A DNA stretch of 64,000 bases from Candidatus Omnitrophota bacterium (GTDB taxonomy: Bacteria > Omnitrophota > Gorgyraeia > Zapsychrales > JAHFFX01), in contig JAHFFW010000014.1 of assembly GCA_023247725.1 (NCBI GenBank), forward strand, positions 783 through 64,782, read 5' to 3'. Position numbers and translations under genes: made by a program. Within the stretch, counting starts at the first letter, position 1. The number at the start of each line of letters is the position of its first letter. This document shows, one piece after another, positions 9,578 through 19,292 of the stretch. Below the pieces are notes generated by a model, which was given only the letters and a program-made list of their open reading frames with translations, had not been told where the DNA came from and made no database searches.

Positions 9578-11410
9578 ATGGCTGTCGTCCTTCTCATTGA
9601 AGATGAACGCCTGCTCGAAGGCTTCTTGCGGAATTTTCCGTCGGACAAGACAACCAAAAAATTTTTGGCCCTGAGAGAATGCACAGCAAAAACCTTGGCC
9701 TTCCTGGCAGAACACGGATTTGCCCCGGTAGAAAAAAATCCTTATCCCACGGCTTATCGTGAACGGTTTTTGCGTGAATATGTGGACGTCGTGGGAGCAT
9801 TAAACTGTGAATTGGCCAGCCGGTATTGGTGGGCCACCGACATCTCCTCCAAGAATCGTTTTACCTCCAAACTCTCCTTTTCCTTGCAGCAATTCCTTTC
9901 GGCGATGGAAGTCGCTAAAAGCCACAAGCAAGGCAACCTTTTGATCATCAATGTCCCATGGAATTTATTGCCAAGCCTTAAAAGGGCCTTGGCTCAGGAA
10001 GGCATTGCGTTTGACGCTCTGGAAATTCGATGGAAAAAAAGCTTTGACCTGACAGCGGGTTGGCTGCGCCGGCTCGCGGCGACCCTTGCTGATTTTGGCC
10101 GGATGTTTCTTCGCTATCTTGCCGCTCGGGAACTGCGGACTCAACTTGAGAGGGAAGGGAAGTCCAAAACCTCGTACTATCTCATCAAAACTTTTGTTTA
10201 TAACCATTCTTTTTCCGTCGACGGGAAATATAGAGATATGTTCTTTGGCAGGCTTCCCGATTTTATCAAAGAGGAAAAAAAGAACGTCTTATTTCTTGCT
10301 TACGTAATCGGAGATTTCAAAAACGCCGTCCGCCGGATGAAGGCTTGTTCTTCGGATTTCATTATTCCGGTGGAAGCCCTCTGGTCTTTGCGTGATATCG
10401 TGAAGGGATGTGTGACGGCCCTTTTTTATCGCACGTCTTATGCGAAGGAGCACAATTTTTTTGGTTATGAAATCCGCGATCTTGTGAACGCTGAACTCCA
10501 GCGAACTTTTTGCCGGATTCAACCGTATCAATTGTTGCACTATGAAGCGGCTCGGCGTTTGCTAAAAAAAATTTCGGTCGAAACATTTCTATTTACATAT
10601 GAAAATAATCCCTGGGAAAAAATGTGCCTTTTGGCCTTTTGTCATGATTCTCCCCAAACCCGGACGATCGGTTATCAGCACACCATTGTGACTCAAGCCT
10701 CCGCCAATATGTTTGCCAGCCGGCGGGAAGCGGACGTTCTTCCCCGGCCGCAAACCATCTTGACCGTCGGAGAAATCCCTAAAGAAATCATTGCCCGCTA
10801 CAGTCCCGGCCGCCAGGCCATGATGGAGGCGGCCGGCGGCGTTCGTTTTGAATATTTATTCCCAATGACCACGGCCAAGCGGCGGCCGTTGCGTAATATC
10901 CTTATTATGCTCGAAGGTGTGAGTGAGGTATACAAAATGGTCAATTATGTTTTAGAGGGATTAAAGGATGATCGCAAATTTGAAGTCGTGATTCGCTTGC
11001 ATCCAGAACTTTCTCTGAAGAGGCTCAAGTCCAAATTAAAATATCCGGTCGAAACCTTGCCGAACCGGAGTTTTTCCAAGAATGTTTCGATTAAGGATGA
11101 CATTGAGTGGGCGGATGCGGTCATTTATTGGGGAAGCACCGGAGCCTTGGAAGCCCTGTGTGTTGGCAAACCCATCATCAACTTTGACGCTGGATCGGTT
11201 TTGAGCTATGATCCGCTTTTTGAATGTCAGCATTTGAAATGGAATGTGTCGTCGCAATCCTCGTTAAAGTTCGTCTTCGAGGAAATTCAAAACCTGTCCG
11301 ATGACCAATACCTCAGCCTGCAACGACAGGCGAAAGCGTATTTGAGCCGCTATTTCTTTCCCGTGACTCCGGACGCTTTAAAGAAATTTATCCCTAAAAA
11401 AGAATCTTAA
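9578..11410 (+). CDS. hypothetical protein (610 aa), C-terminal region resembles a GT-B/Rossmann-like transferase domain
   Basis: The segment WADAVIYWGSTGALEALCVGKPIINFD resembles the C-terminal nucleotide-sugar binding half of GT-B enzymes. Weak assignment. Confidence 0.45.
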   Translation: MAVVLLIEDERLLEGFLRNFPSDKTTKKFLALRECTAKTLAFLAEHGFAPVEKNPYPTAYRERFLREYVDVVGALNCELASRYWWATDISSKNRFTSKLSFSLQQFLSAMEVAKSHKQGNLLIINVPWNLLPSLKRALAQEGIAFDALEIRWKKSFDLTAGWLRRLAATLADFGRMFLRYLAARELRTQLEREGKSKTSYYLIKTFVYNHSFSVDGKYRDMFFGRLPDFIKEEKKNVLFLAYVIGDFKNAVRRMKACSSDFIIPVEALWSLRDIVKGCVTALFYRTSYAKEHNFFGYEIRDLVNAELQRTFCRIQPYQLLHYEAARRLLKKISVETFLFTYENNPWEKMCLLAFCHDSPQTRTIGYQHTIVTQASANMFASRREADVLPRPQTILTVGEIPKEIIARYSPGRQAMMEAAGGVRFEYLFPMTTAKRRPLRNILIMLEGVSEVYKMVNYVLEGLKDDRKFEVVIRLHPELSLKRLKSKLKYPVETLPNRSFSKNVSIKDDIEWADAVIYWGSTGALEALCVGKPIINFDAGSVLSYDPLFECQHLKWNVSSQSSLKFVFEEIQNLSDDQYLSLQRQAKAYLSRYFFPVTPDALKKFIPKKES

Positions 11411-11549
11411 AAAAGAAGCAAAGTCGAAGGGTTGACTTCCCTTCGCATAGGAATTAAAATACCGATCGCAAAACAAAATGGTTCCGCGAACCTGGATGCG
11501 AACCGGGGCTTGCTCGTGGGACTCCATTTTTTTTCAAAAGGAGGTTGCG

Positions 11550-11822
11550 ATGAACAGATCTTTCCTTTACGGTTTCTTGGTGGCCGCGCTTTTATCGATT
11601 TTTTGGGGACCTCTGTGGCTTAAGAATTCAGAAGCGCAAACCCAGGCCGCGTCCTACGAAGGGGTCATGCCATTCTGGACCTCGGGAGGCTGGCTGGGTT
11701 TATTTGATCAGAAAGCCGGCATCGTGTATTTATACGACGATAGTTTAGTCAATTGCAGGATGATTGCCCGGATCAATAAATTGGGCTTACCAATGGTGGT
11801 TACTGGGAGGGGCGCGAAATGA
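11550..11822 (+). CDS. small secreted/membrane-anchored hypothetical protein
   Basis: RBS aaaggagg lies 7 nt before the ATG at 11550. The N-terminus is hydrophobic (MNRSFLYGFLVAALLSIFWGPLWL). The stop overlaps the MoxR start. Confidence 0.4.
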   Translation: MNRSFLYGFLVAALLSIFWGPLWLKNSEAQTQAASYEGVMPFWTSGGWLGLFDQKAGIVYLYDDSLVNCRMIARINKLGLPMVVTGRGAK

Positions 11823-12814
11823 CCCAGGTGAGCATTGCGGCCATTAATGAAAGGGCTCAAAAGGAAAGCAGCTTTGTCGGCATTTTGACGCGGGAGATTG
11901 AAAAGGTCATTGTTGGTCAGCGTTATCTGATCGAGCGTCTGATGGTCGGCCTCTTGGCCAACGGGCATATCCTTCTCGAGGGAGTTCCTGGCCTTGCCAA
12001 AACGACCGCCGTCAAAACCTTATCCTCTGCCATTCAAACAAAATTCCAGCGCCTGCAATTTACGCCGGATATGCTTCCCGCGGATTTGACGGGAACGCTC
12101 ATTTACGATCAAAAAACCGGAGAATTCAAAATCAAAAAAGGCCCGGTCTTCGCCAATCTCATCCTCGCCGATGAAATCAACCGCGCCCCGGCCAAGGTCC
12201 AGAGCGCGCTCTTAGAGGCCATGCAGGAACGACAGGTCACGATCGGTGATCAGACGCTGCTCTTGGATGATCCTTTTCTGGTTTTGGCCACGCAAAATCC
12301 CATCGAGCAAGAAGGAACTTATCCCTTGCCCGAGGCGCAGGTGGACCGGTTTATGCTCAAGGTCAGATTGACCTATCCCAGCAAGGAAGAAGAATTGCAG
12401 ATCCTGCGCCGGATGTCCTTTACCGAGCAGCATTTTCAGGTTCAGAAAATCATTTCTCCAAAAGAAATCCTGGCCGCACGCAAGGTCGTGGATGAGATCT
12501 ATATGGATGAAAAAATCGAGCGTTATATTGTGGAGCTGATCGAAGCCACTCGGGACCCGGTGGCTTATCGATTGAATGATCTTAAAGGGCTCATTCAATA
12601 TGGTGCCTCGCCGCGGGCGACCATTTTTCTGGCGATTGCCTCCAAGGCGTTTGCCTTTTTGCAGGGCCGCGGATATGTGACCCCGCAGGATGTCAAATCG
12701 ATTGGGATGGATGTCCTGCGGCATCGGCTGATTATCAGTTATGAAGCAGAAGCCGAGGAGAAGACCTCCGAGGACCTGATTAAGAGAATCTTTGAGGAAA
12801 TCCAGGTTCCATGA
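11819..12814 (+). CDS. MoxR-family AAA+ ATPase
   Basis: Walker A GVPGLAKT and the MoxR signature LQFTPDMLPADLTG...ILADEINRAPAKVQSALLEAMQERQVT. Confidence 0.9.
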   Translation: MTQVSIAAINERAQKESSFVGILTREIEKVIVGQRYLIERLMVGLLANGHILLEGVPGLAKTTAVKTLSSAIQTKFQRLQFTPDMLPADLTGTLIYDQKTGEFKIKKGPVFANLILADEINRAPAKVQSALLEAMQERQVTIGDQTLLLDDPFLVLATQNPIEQEGTYPLPEAQVDRFMLKVRLTYPSKEEELQILRRMSFTEQHFQVQKIISPKEILAARKVVDEIYMDEKIERYIVELIEATRDPVAYRLNDLKGLIQYGASPRATIFLAIASKAFAFLQGRGYVTPQDVKSIGMDVLRHRLIISYEAEAEEKTSEDLIKRIFEEIQVP

Positions 12815-13016
12815 GCAGCGTAAGCGAATAGCGTTAGCGGATAGTGTTTTTGAATGGTGCGACAACTCTCTACCAAGAGTTAGAGGCTTATAAAAAGTCT
12901 TACAAACCGGTAAATGATGTGTATCAAGTGACGAATAAATTTCCTGAAGAGTCAAATATTGCTGATTCAGGCTGATGACTGATTATTAATATTCGCTATC
13001 CGCTATCCGCTGAAAA

Positions 13017-13934
13017 ATGATCCCCAAACATCTCTTCGAAATCATCCGTCGGATTGAGATCACCACCTCCCGGATGGTGACCGATGTTTTTGCCGGAGAA
13101 TATCACAGCGTTTTTAAAGGCCGCGGCATGGAATTTAACGAGGTCCGCGAATATTCTTTCGGAGACGATATTCGCACGATTGACTGGAATGTCACGGCCC
13201 GCACAGGCATCGCCCACGTCAAGAAATACGTCGAGGAAAGAGAATTGACCGTTATGATTCTGGTGGACTTGTCACGCAGCTGCCAGTTTGGTTCGGTGCG
13301 GGAACTCAAGGCTAAACTCGCGGCCGAGATTGCCGCGGTCCTCGCGTTTTGTGCCACCCGCAATAATGACAAGGTGGGATTGATTTTGTTTACCGACCGC
13401 ATTGAAAAATTCATTCCGCCGCGCAAAGGTTTGATCCACGTTCTTCGCCTGATCCGGGAAGCTCTGTATTTTGTGCCGAAGGGTTCTGCGACCGACTTGC
13501 CCGTGGCTTTGGATTATCTCAATCGCGTCACCGCCCGCAAGACCGTGAGTTTTATCGTGTCGGATTTTCTGGTGAATCCGGCAGCCGGGCAGACAAAACC
13601 CTCGACGATGGCAGAGACCTGGCAAAAGGCCCTGCGTCTTGCCAACAAACGCCATGATCTGGTGGCGGTGACACTCAATGACCCACGAGAAAAGGGTTTG
13701 CCTCCTTGCGGTTTGATTGAACTGCGGGACGCCGAGACCGAGCGGATGATCCTCGTTGACTCTTCGGATCCCGGGGTTCGCCGACGGTATGAAGAAGAAG
13801 CCAGACGGCGAATCGTGCAGCGGGAAACGCTTTTTGGAATCGTGGGCATGGATCATATCGATGTTTCGACCGATCTTTCCTATGCCAAAGAAATGGTCAA
13901 ATTTTTTACCCGACGCAAAAAAAGGTTTCGTTAG
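13017..13934 (+). CDS. DUF58 protein (VWA-like MoxR partner)
   Basis: The motif FGDDIRTIDWNVTARTGIAHVKKY is typical of DUF58, and the gene lies immediately downstream of MoxR. Confidence 0.8.
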   Translation: MIPKHLFEIIRRIEITTSRMVTDVFAGEYHSVFKGRGMEFNEVREYSFGDDIRTIDWNVTARTGIAHVKKYVEERELTVMILVDLSRSCQFGSVRELKAKLAAEIAAVLAFCATRNNDKVGLILFTDRIEKFIPPRKGLIHVLRLIREALYFVPKGSATDLPVALDYLNRVTARKTVSFIVSDFLVNPAAGQTKPSTMAETWQKALRLANKRHDLVAVTLNDPREKGLPPCGLIELRDAETERMILVDSSDPGVRRRYEEEARRRIVQRETLFGIVGMDHIDVSTDLSYAKEMVKFFTRRKKRFR

Positions 13935-14514
13935 GAAGAATCTTTTTTTTGTCCTGTTTTGTTTGGGAGCATGCGGCTATGGCCAGAGCGTCTGGAGCCA
14001 AGCGGATATTAAGGATGTTAAACCTCCGATTGTCTTAGAGGCGGATAGGCGGGTCCTCGCTCTTTTGGGGATCCTCCTTATGATCGTCGTTGGGCTGCTG
14101 GTACAGAAATGGATTCTATCCCTCTGGTTGCGCCCAACACAAGAAAAAGACAGCCGCCCGCCGTGGGACGTGGCGCTTTCCGGTTTGGATGCTTTACAAA
14201 GACAGGACCTTCTCACCCAAGGCCGCTATAAAGAATATTACAGCGTCCTTTCTGATATTATCCGTCGCTACATGGAAGAGCGTTTTCAAATCCGGGCGCC
14301 GGAGATGACAACCCCGGAATTCCTCGCTTCTTTGCAAAACACCCAAGGATTAACCGCGGCCCAAAAAGAGTCCTTGCGCGAATTTTTGGAATCTTGTGAT
14401 TTGGTGAAATTCGCCCGCTTCGGTCCCACCTCGTCGCAGGTTGAGGATATCTTTGCGGCGGCTCGCCGATTGATTGAAGAAACCCGTGTTGAATCGCAAT
14501 TGTCACGTCCATGA
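13882..14514 (+). CDS. DUF4381-like small membrane/lipoprotein of the Bat operon
   Basis: ATG at 13882 gives a signal peptide with lipobox-like LGAC, followed by a TM helix and a charged C-terminus. Its position between DUF58 and BatA matches aerotolerance operons. The start is uncertain: the ORF is open from 13756. Confidence 0.5.
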   Translation: MPKKWSNFLPDAKKGFVRKNLFFVLFCLGACGYGQSVWSQADIKDVKPPIVLEADRRVLALLGILLMIVVGLLVQKWILSLWLRPTQEKDSRPPWDVALSGLDALQRQDLLTQGRYKEYYSVLSDIIRRYMEERFQIRAPEMTTPEFLASLQNTQGLTAAQKESLREFLESCDLVKFARFGPTSSQVEDIFAAARRLIEETRVESQLSRP

Positions 14515-15506
14515 TCTTTAAAGATCCCTGGGTCTTTGTTCTTATTCCAGGAGTTTTTTTGTTGTTTTATTGGGCCAATGCCCATAAGCCAAGGCCGGCC
14601 TTCCGATTTCCGTCGGCAGAATTATTTCGAAATGTCCCGACCGGGTGGAAGGCGAAGTTGAGTCCCTACCTTTGGGTTTTGCGGTTCATGGTTTTATGGT
14701 TGATAGTGATCGCCCTGGCCGGACCGCGCCGGATCCTGGAAGAAGCCAAACACACCTCCGAGGGGATTGACATCGTGCTCGCGTTGGACGTCTCGGGGAG
14801 TATGGCCGCCGAGGATTTTGTGTTGGGTGGGCGCAGGATGAATCGGCTCGAGGTGGTTAAAAAAGTCGTTGGGGAATTTATGGAAGGACGCGAGAGCGAT
14901 CGCATCGGTTTGGTGGTCTTTGGGGCTCGCGCGTATACCGTCAGTCCTTTGACGACGGACTACCGTTGGTTGAAAGAGAATCTGGAACGGATTGAACTGG
15001 GAATGGTGGAAGATGGTACGGCGATTGGTTCGGGGATTGCCTCCGCTTTAGGAAGGCTCAAAGACAGTCAGGCAAAAAGCAAGGTCATTATTCTTCTGAC
15101 CGACGGTATGAACAATGCCGGTAAATTGGCTCCTCTGGCCGCTGCCAAGACCGCCGCGGCGATGGGGGTGAAGATTGATACCATTGGCGCCGGATCGTTG
15201 GGCGCCGTGCCATTTCCCGTTAAGGATCTTTTTGGACAGACGTTTTATCAGCGCGTGCGCTTGGACCTGGATGAAAAAACTCTTCAAGAAATTGCCTCAA
15301 CAACCGGTGGATTTTATTTTCGGGCGACCGATACGGAATCTTTACGACGCATTTATCACGACATTGATACAATGGAGAAAACAAAGGTGGAAGAAACAGG
15401 CTATAAAGAATACCAGGAATTGTTCCCGAATTTTTTAAGGGCGGCCCTGTTCATCCTGGCTTTTGAAATCATTTTGACAAATACGTTTTTTTTGCGGATA
15501 CCGTGA
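14511..15506 (+). CDS. BatA-like von Willebrand factor A domain membrane protein
   Basis: N-terminal TM helices, then a VWA domain with a MIDAS motif (DIVLALDVSGSM). Confidence 0.8.
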   Translation: MIFKDPWVFVLIPGVFLLFYWANAHKPRPAFRFPSAELFRNVPTGWKAKLSPYLWVLRFMVLWLIVIALAGPRRILEEAKHTSEGIDIVLALDVSGSMAAEDFVLGGRRMNRLEVVKKVVGEFMEGRESDRIGLVVFGARAYTVSPLTTDYRWLKENLERIELGMVEDGTAIGSGIASALGRLKDSQAKSKVIILLTDGMNNAGKLAPLAAAKTAAAMGVKIDTIGAGSLGAVPFPVKDLFGQTFYQRVRLDLDEKTLQEIASTTGGFYFRATDTESLRRIYHDIDTMEKTKVEETGYKEYQELFPNFLRAALFILAFEIILTNTFFLRIP

Positions 15507-16510
15507 TGCATTTCGCCGAACCTCAACAACTGAATTGGATTTGGGCTATTGTGTTTCTGGGATTCCTTTTTGCCGCGGCCTTTTCTTGGCGCAAAAAACA
15601 GATGGAAAAATTTGTCGCGGCCCCGATTCTGCCCCAGGTTATCCCCGAGGTCAGTTTTCGACGATATGTCCTAAAAAGTATTTTGATTCTTCTGGTTTTT
15701 TTCTTAAGCATCCTGGCCTTGGCTCGGCCGCAGTGGGGTTTCCAATGGCAAACGATCAAACGCCAGGGGATTGATATCCTGATTGCGATTGATACCTCCA
15801 AAAGCATGTTGACCGCGGATGTAAAACCGAACCGCCTTGGGCGAAGCAAATTGGCCGTTAAAGATTTGATTAAGGATCTCAAAGGCGATCGCGCCGGACT
15901 CGTGGCTTTTGCCGGTGAGGCCTTTTTGGTCTGTCCTCTGACCGTTGACTATCATGGTTTTTTGTTGGCCCTGAATGATTTGAACGTGGGAACAATTCCC
16001 AGAGGAGGAACGGCCATTGCCAGGGCTATCCATACGGCCATTTCTCAATACCCAGAGGAGCCCGGGAAATATAAGGTGCTTGTCATTCTCACCGACGGAG
16101 AGAATCAAGAAGGTGATCCTGTGGCGATGGCAGAGAAGGCCAAAGAAAAGGGAATCCGCATTTATTGCATTGGCATAGGGACGAAGGAAGGGGAGCTCAT
16201 CCAGATTCCGGCCGCCTCCGGAGAAGGTTATGAATTTCTCAAGGACCGGGAGGGGCAATTTGTTAAGTCGAGGCTCAATGAAGGTCTTCTGGCTCAAATC
16301 GCTAAAGTGACCGGCGGTGCCTACGTGCGGGCGAGCGGCGCGCAATTCGGCCTTGACCAATTGTACAGGGATGAATTATCCAAATTGGAAGAGCGGGAAA
16401 TCGAAAGCAAAATGGGAAAAAAATATTTCGAGCGATTCCAATTTCCTTTAGGGATGGCCCTGGTTTTATTGGTAACGGAAATCCTCACGAGCGAAAGGAA
16501 GAGGGCCTGA
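15503..16510 (+). CDS. BatB-like VWA domain membrane protein
   Basis: VWA MIDAS motif DILIAIDTSKSM and TDGENQEGD. It is a paralog of the preceding gene. Confidence 0.8.
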   Translation: MMHFAEPQQLNWIWAIVFLGFLFAAAFSWRKKQMEKFVAAPILPQVIPEVSFRRYVLKSILILLVFFLSILALARPQWGFQWQTIKRQGIDILIAIDTSKSMLTADVKPNRLGRSKLAVKDLIKDLKGDRAGLVAFAGEAFLVCPLTVDYHGFLLALNDLNVGTIPRGGTAIARAIHTAISQYPEEPGKYKVLVILTDGENQEGDPVAMAEKAKEKGIRIYCIGIGTKEGELIQIPAASGEGYEFLKDREGQFVKSRLNEGLLAQIAKVTGGAYVRASGAQFGLDQLYRDELSKLEEREIESKMGKKYFERFQFPLGMALVLLVTEILTSERKRA

Positions 16511-17460
16511 TGCGGGGCATGTTCACGCTTTTGGTTTTTCTTGGTTGGCTGGCAGGGCCGGCCAGTGCGCCGACCGAGGCCAAGATTTTCTCCACTTTTG
16601 TTCGGGATGCGAAAAGAGGGAACACTTTGTACCAAAAGGGGCAATTTGCCGACGCTGCCAAAGAATTCACTGCCGCCTTGAGCCATTCTCCGCAGAGTGA
16701 TCAACTGCATTTTAATCTCGGAACAGCTTTATACAAAAGCGGCGATTATGCAGGAGCCATTGAACATCTGCGTCAGGCGCTTTTGGGCGAACATGGCGAT
16801 CTTGCGGAAAGCATTCACTACAATCTCGGCAATGCCTTATATAAAAAAGGAAAGGCCAGTGAGTCAAAGGATCAAAAGAAAGTCGCGCAAGACTGGCAGG
16901 AAGCCCTGGACCAGTACGCGCAATCCTTAAGGCTCAACCCCGATGACCCCGATGCGTCCTTCAATTATGATTTCGTCAAAAAGGAATTGGAGCGTCTAAA
17001 AAAAGAAGAGCAACAACAAAAATCCCAGAGTCAACCACAGCCATCGCCCTCATCCTCTTCCTCGGAACGGCAAAAGCCCCAGGATTCTTCCGGAACTTCC
17101 GGAGGGCCGCAGTCGCCGCAAAAATCTTTCGGTCAGGTCTCGGCGTCGGAGAAACCGCCAGAACATCCCTCCGCGCCCGCCGAAGAAAAAAAGGATCGGG
17201 GAGAACAGAAAGGAGAGCAAAAAAATTCCGCAGAGGAAACCGCAAAAGAGAAATCGCCCCAGCCGACGACCGTAGAAAAAGAAAAACCGACGGCAGGAAC
17301 CGAAACGACGGGCGAGGCTTCCCCTGTCGAAGGTGGCGAAATGAGTCCGAAGGAAGCGCAAATGCGGTTGGATGAGTATTTGCAGAATGAGGAACCCAAA
17401 GGACTGCTTTTTCTCAATTCTGTGCCTGGCCAAGAAAGTACGGTTTTGAAGGACTGGTGA
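16510..17460 (+). CDS. BatC-like TPR protein with low-complexity S/P/E/K-rich tail
   Basis: Signal peptide, TPR-like repeats (YNLGNALYKKGK) and a long acidic/basic low-complexity C-terminus. Confidence 0.6.
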   Translation: MRGMFTLLVFLGWLAGPASAPTEAKIFSTFVRDAKRGNTLYQKGQFADAAKEFTAALSHSPQSDQLHFNLGTALYKSGDYAGAIEHLRQALLGEHGDLAESIHYNLGNALYKKGKASESKDQKKVAQDWQEALDQYAQSLRLNPDDPDASFNYDFVKKELERLKKEEQQQKSQSQPQPSPSSSSSERQKPQDSSGTSGGPQSPQKSFGQVSASEKPPEHPSAPAEEKKDRGEQKGEQKNSAEETAKEKSPQPTTVEKEKPTAGTETTGEASPVEGGEMSPKEAQMRLDEYLQNEEPKGLLFLNSVPGQESTVLKDW

Positions 17461-19292
17461 GCACCATGCGATCAAGATTTTTTCAGTGTATTTTAACGGC
17501 GAGTTTAGCGACAGGTTTTTTGCTTGTGCCAGCACTTCGAGGCGAGGATCTGAGTTTTGAGGCGGCGGTTAATGCCAACAAAGTGAATTTGGGAAATGCC
17601 CTGCAGCTGATTCTCACCTTGCATGGCGGAGAATTGAAAGATCCCGTGCCGCTGCCGGAGATGGAGGGTTTTCAGACGAGGTATTTAGGACCTTCCACCA
17701 AAATTTCTGTGGTCAATGGCCAGGTCTCGTCGCAGTATTCGCATATGTATTTGCTTTATCCGACGAAGACCGGCGTCTTTACGATTCCTTCCCTGCGTGT
17801 GACCGTCAATGGTCAAGCGCTTGCCACACAGCCGATCCAGATCGAGGTCGTTGATTCGGCGGTCACCGCCGGAGGCACGAATGCCGCTGGTGATTCCTCG
17901 GCCGGCTCCGTGGAAGACAAGATTTTTATGACCCTTACCATACCGAAGGACAAGGTTTATCTCAATGAAAAAGTTCCCGTGACGATCAAATTGTTCATCA
18001 ACCAATTGTTGGTTCAGGATGTTCATTATCCGGAATTTACGCATGAAGGTTTTCTCGCGGATGAATTCTTTGATCATGAACAATACCAGCAGGTCGTAGG
18101 CGGCATTCCCTATCAGGTTGTCGAATTTAAAACCACCGTGTATCCGACGAGGACCGGGGAATTGAAACTGGGTCCGGCGAAGATCGAGGCCAATGTTTTA
18201 TTTGCAGTGGCGCCTCCTTCGGGCCAAAACCGTTTCGACCAATTTTTTGGCGATGATCTGTTTGGGGATTTTTTCAATTCCTACGACAAACATCCCTACA
18301 CGTTCTCTTCGCAGGAGCAAGCCCTCACGGTTTTGCTGTGGCCGAAGGAAAACCAGCCCGCCGATTTTGTCGGAGCCGTCGGGCAATTCAATTTTGCCGC
18401 CACCGTCAGTCCCGTACAGCTCACCCTCGGTGATCCCCTGACGGTGCGGATGCAGGTGTCCGGCGACGGTAATCTTAAAAATTTGCCAATGCCTGATCTT
18501 AAAGGATGGAATCAATTCAAGGTTTATGAACCGCAGTTCAAGGAAGAGCCGGGCAAAAAAACTTTGGAGCAGGTTGTCATCCCTCAGTCGGAAACCATCA
18601 CCGAGGTGCCAGCCATTCATCTGAGTTATTTCGATCCCCAGACCGAGACCTACCAAACGATCACTCAAGCACCTTTTCCGATTAAAATCACCAAATCGAA
18701 GGCGAGCGAAGATTTCAAGATTGTCGACTTCACCGGCGAAGGCGCCTCGGCAAGGTCCCGGCCGGAATCCATCGGTCAAGACATTGTCTTCATTAAAGAA
18801 AAACCCGGTCCGTGGAAAAAAGTGGGAATGGATTTTTATCAAACACCTTTATTTGCCGGAATCTGTGCGTTGGTTTTGCTTTGGTGGGGAGGGATGGTCG
18901 GATTATTTCTGTGGAACCGGCAGCTCAAGTCGAATGAGGCTCTGGCCCGTCGGCTGCAGGCCCCGAAAAAAGCGCGAAAGGGTTTGGAGTTGGCCCGCCA
19001 GCAGATGGTAAAGGGAGAGGCGAAAGAATTTTATGACACGGTTTTTCGAACCCTGCAGGAATATCTGGGCGACAAATTTCATTGGCCGGCCGCCAGCATC
19101 ACGAGTTCCGGAGCCGAGGAGCTTTTGCGCAGCCGCAATATCAACCACGACATTTTAAACCGGGTCAAGGCAATCTTTGCCCATTGTGATACTGTTCGTT
19201 ACGCTGGCGTCGATCTTTCTGGAGAAAGCCTGCAGGACTCTTACCAAAGGCTGGCAGAAGCGATCGATCTGTTGGAAAGGCAGAAACGATGA
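17457..19292 (+). CDS. BatD-like oxygen-tolerance protein
   Basis: Signal peptide, a large beta-rich extracytoplasmic region and one C-terminal TM helix. Sits in the canonical position after BatC. Assigned by context and architecture. Confidence 0.6.
   Translation: MSTMRSRFFQCILTASLATGFLLVPALRGEDLSFEAAVNANKVNLGNALQLILTLHGGELKDPVPLPEMEGFQTRYLGPSTKISVVNGQVSSQYSHMYLLYPTKTGVFTIPSLRVTVNGQALATQPIQIEVVDSAVTAGGTNAAGDSSAGSVEDKIFMTLTIPKDKVYLNEKVPVTIKLFINQLLVQDVHYPEFTHEGFLADEFFDHEQYQQVVGGIPYQVVEFKTTVYPTRTGELKLGPAKIEANVLFAVAPPSGQNRFDQFFGDDLFGDFFNSYDKHPYTFSSQEQALTVLLWPKENQPADFVGAVGQFNFAATVSPVQLTLGDPLTVRMQVSGDGNLKNLPMPDLKGWNQFKVYEPQFKEEPGKKTLEQVVIPQSETITEVPAIHLSYFDPQTETYQTITQAPFPIKITKSKASEDFKIVDFTGEGASARSRPESIGQDIVFIKEKPGPWKKVGMDFYQTPLFAGICALVLLWWGGMVGLFLWNRQLKSNEALARRLQAPKKARKGLELARQQMVKGEAKEFYDTVFRTLQEYLGDKFHWPAASITSSGAEELLRSRNINHDILNRVKAIFAHCDTVRYAGVDLSGESLQDSYQRLAEAIDLLERQKR

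Noticed and set aside
12212-12955. 247-aa minus-strand ORF overlapping the MoxR gene. The same pattern applies to other long antisense ORFs at 20463-21257, 22122-22739, 29975-30715, 30761-31474, 15704-16360, 18198-18842, 45265-45912, 46020-46580, 57601-58233 and 63171-63794.
   Set aside because: Each lies entirely inside a plus-strand gene with clear family motifs. None has an RBS context, and their compositions are low-complexity, Arg/Gly-rich and shadow-like. They are typical shadow ORFs of GC-moderate coding DNA.
13756-13881. Upstream extension of the DUF4381-like gene to the ATG at 13756 (252 aa as in the ORF track).
   Set aside because: It would overlap the DUF58 gene by about 180 nt. 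The ATG at 13882 gives a proper signal peptide/lipobox, so the internal start is preferred.
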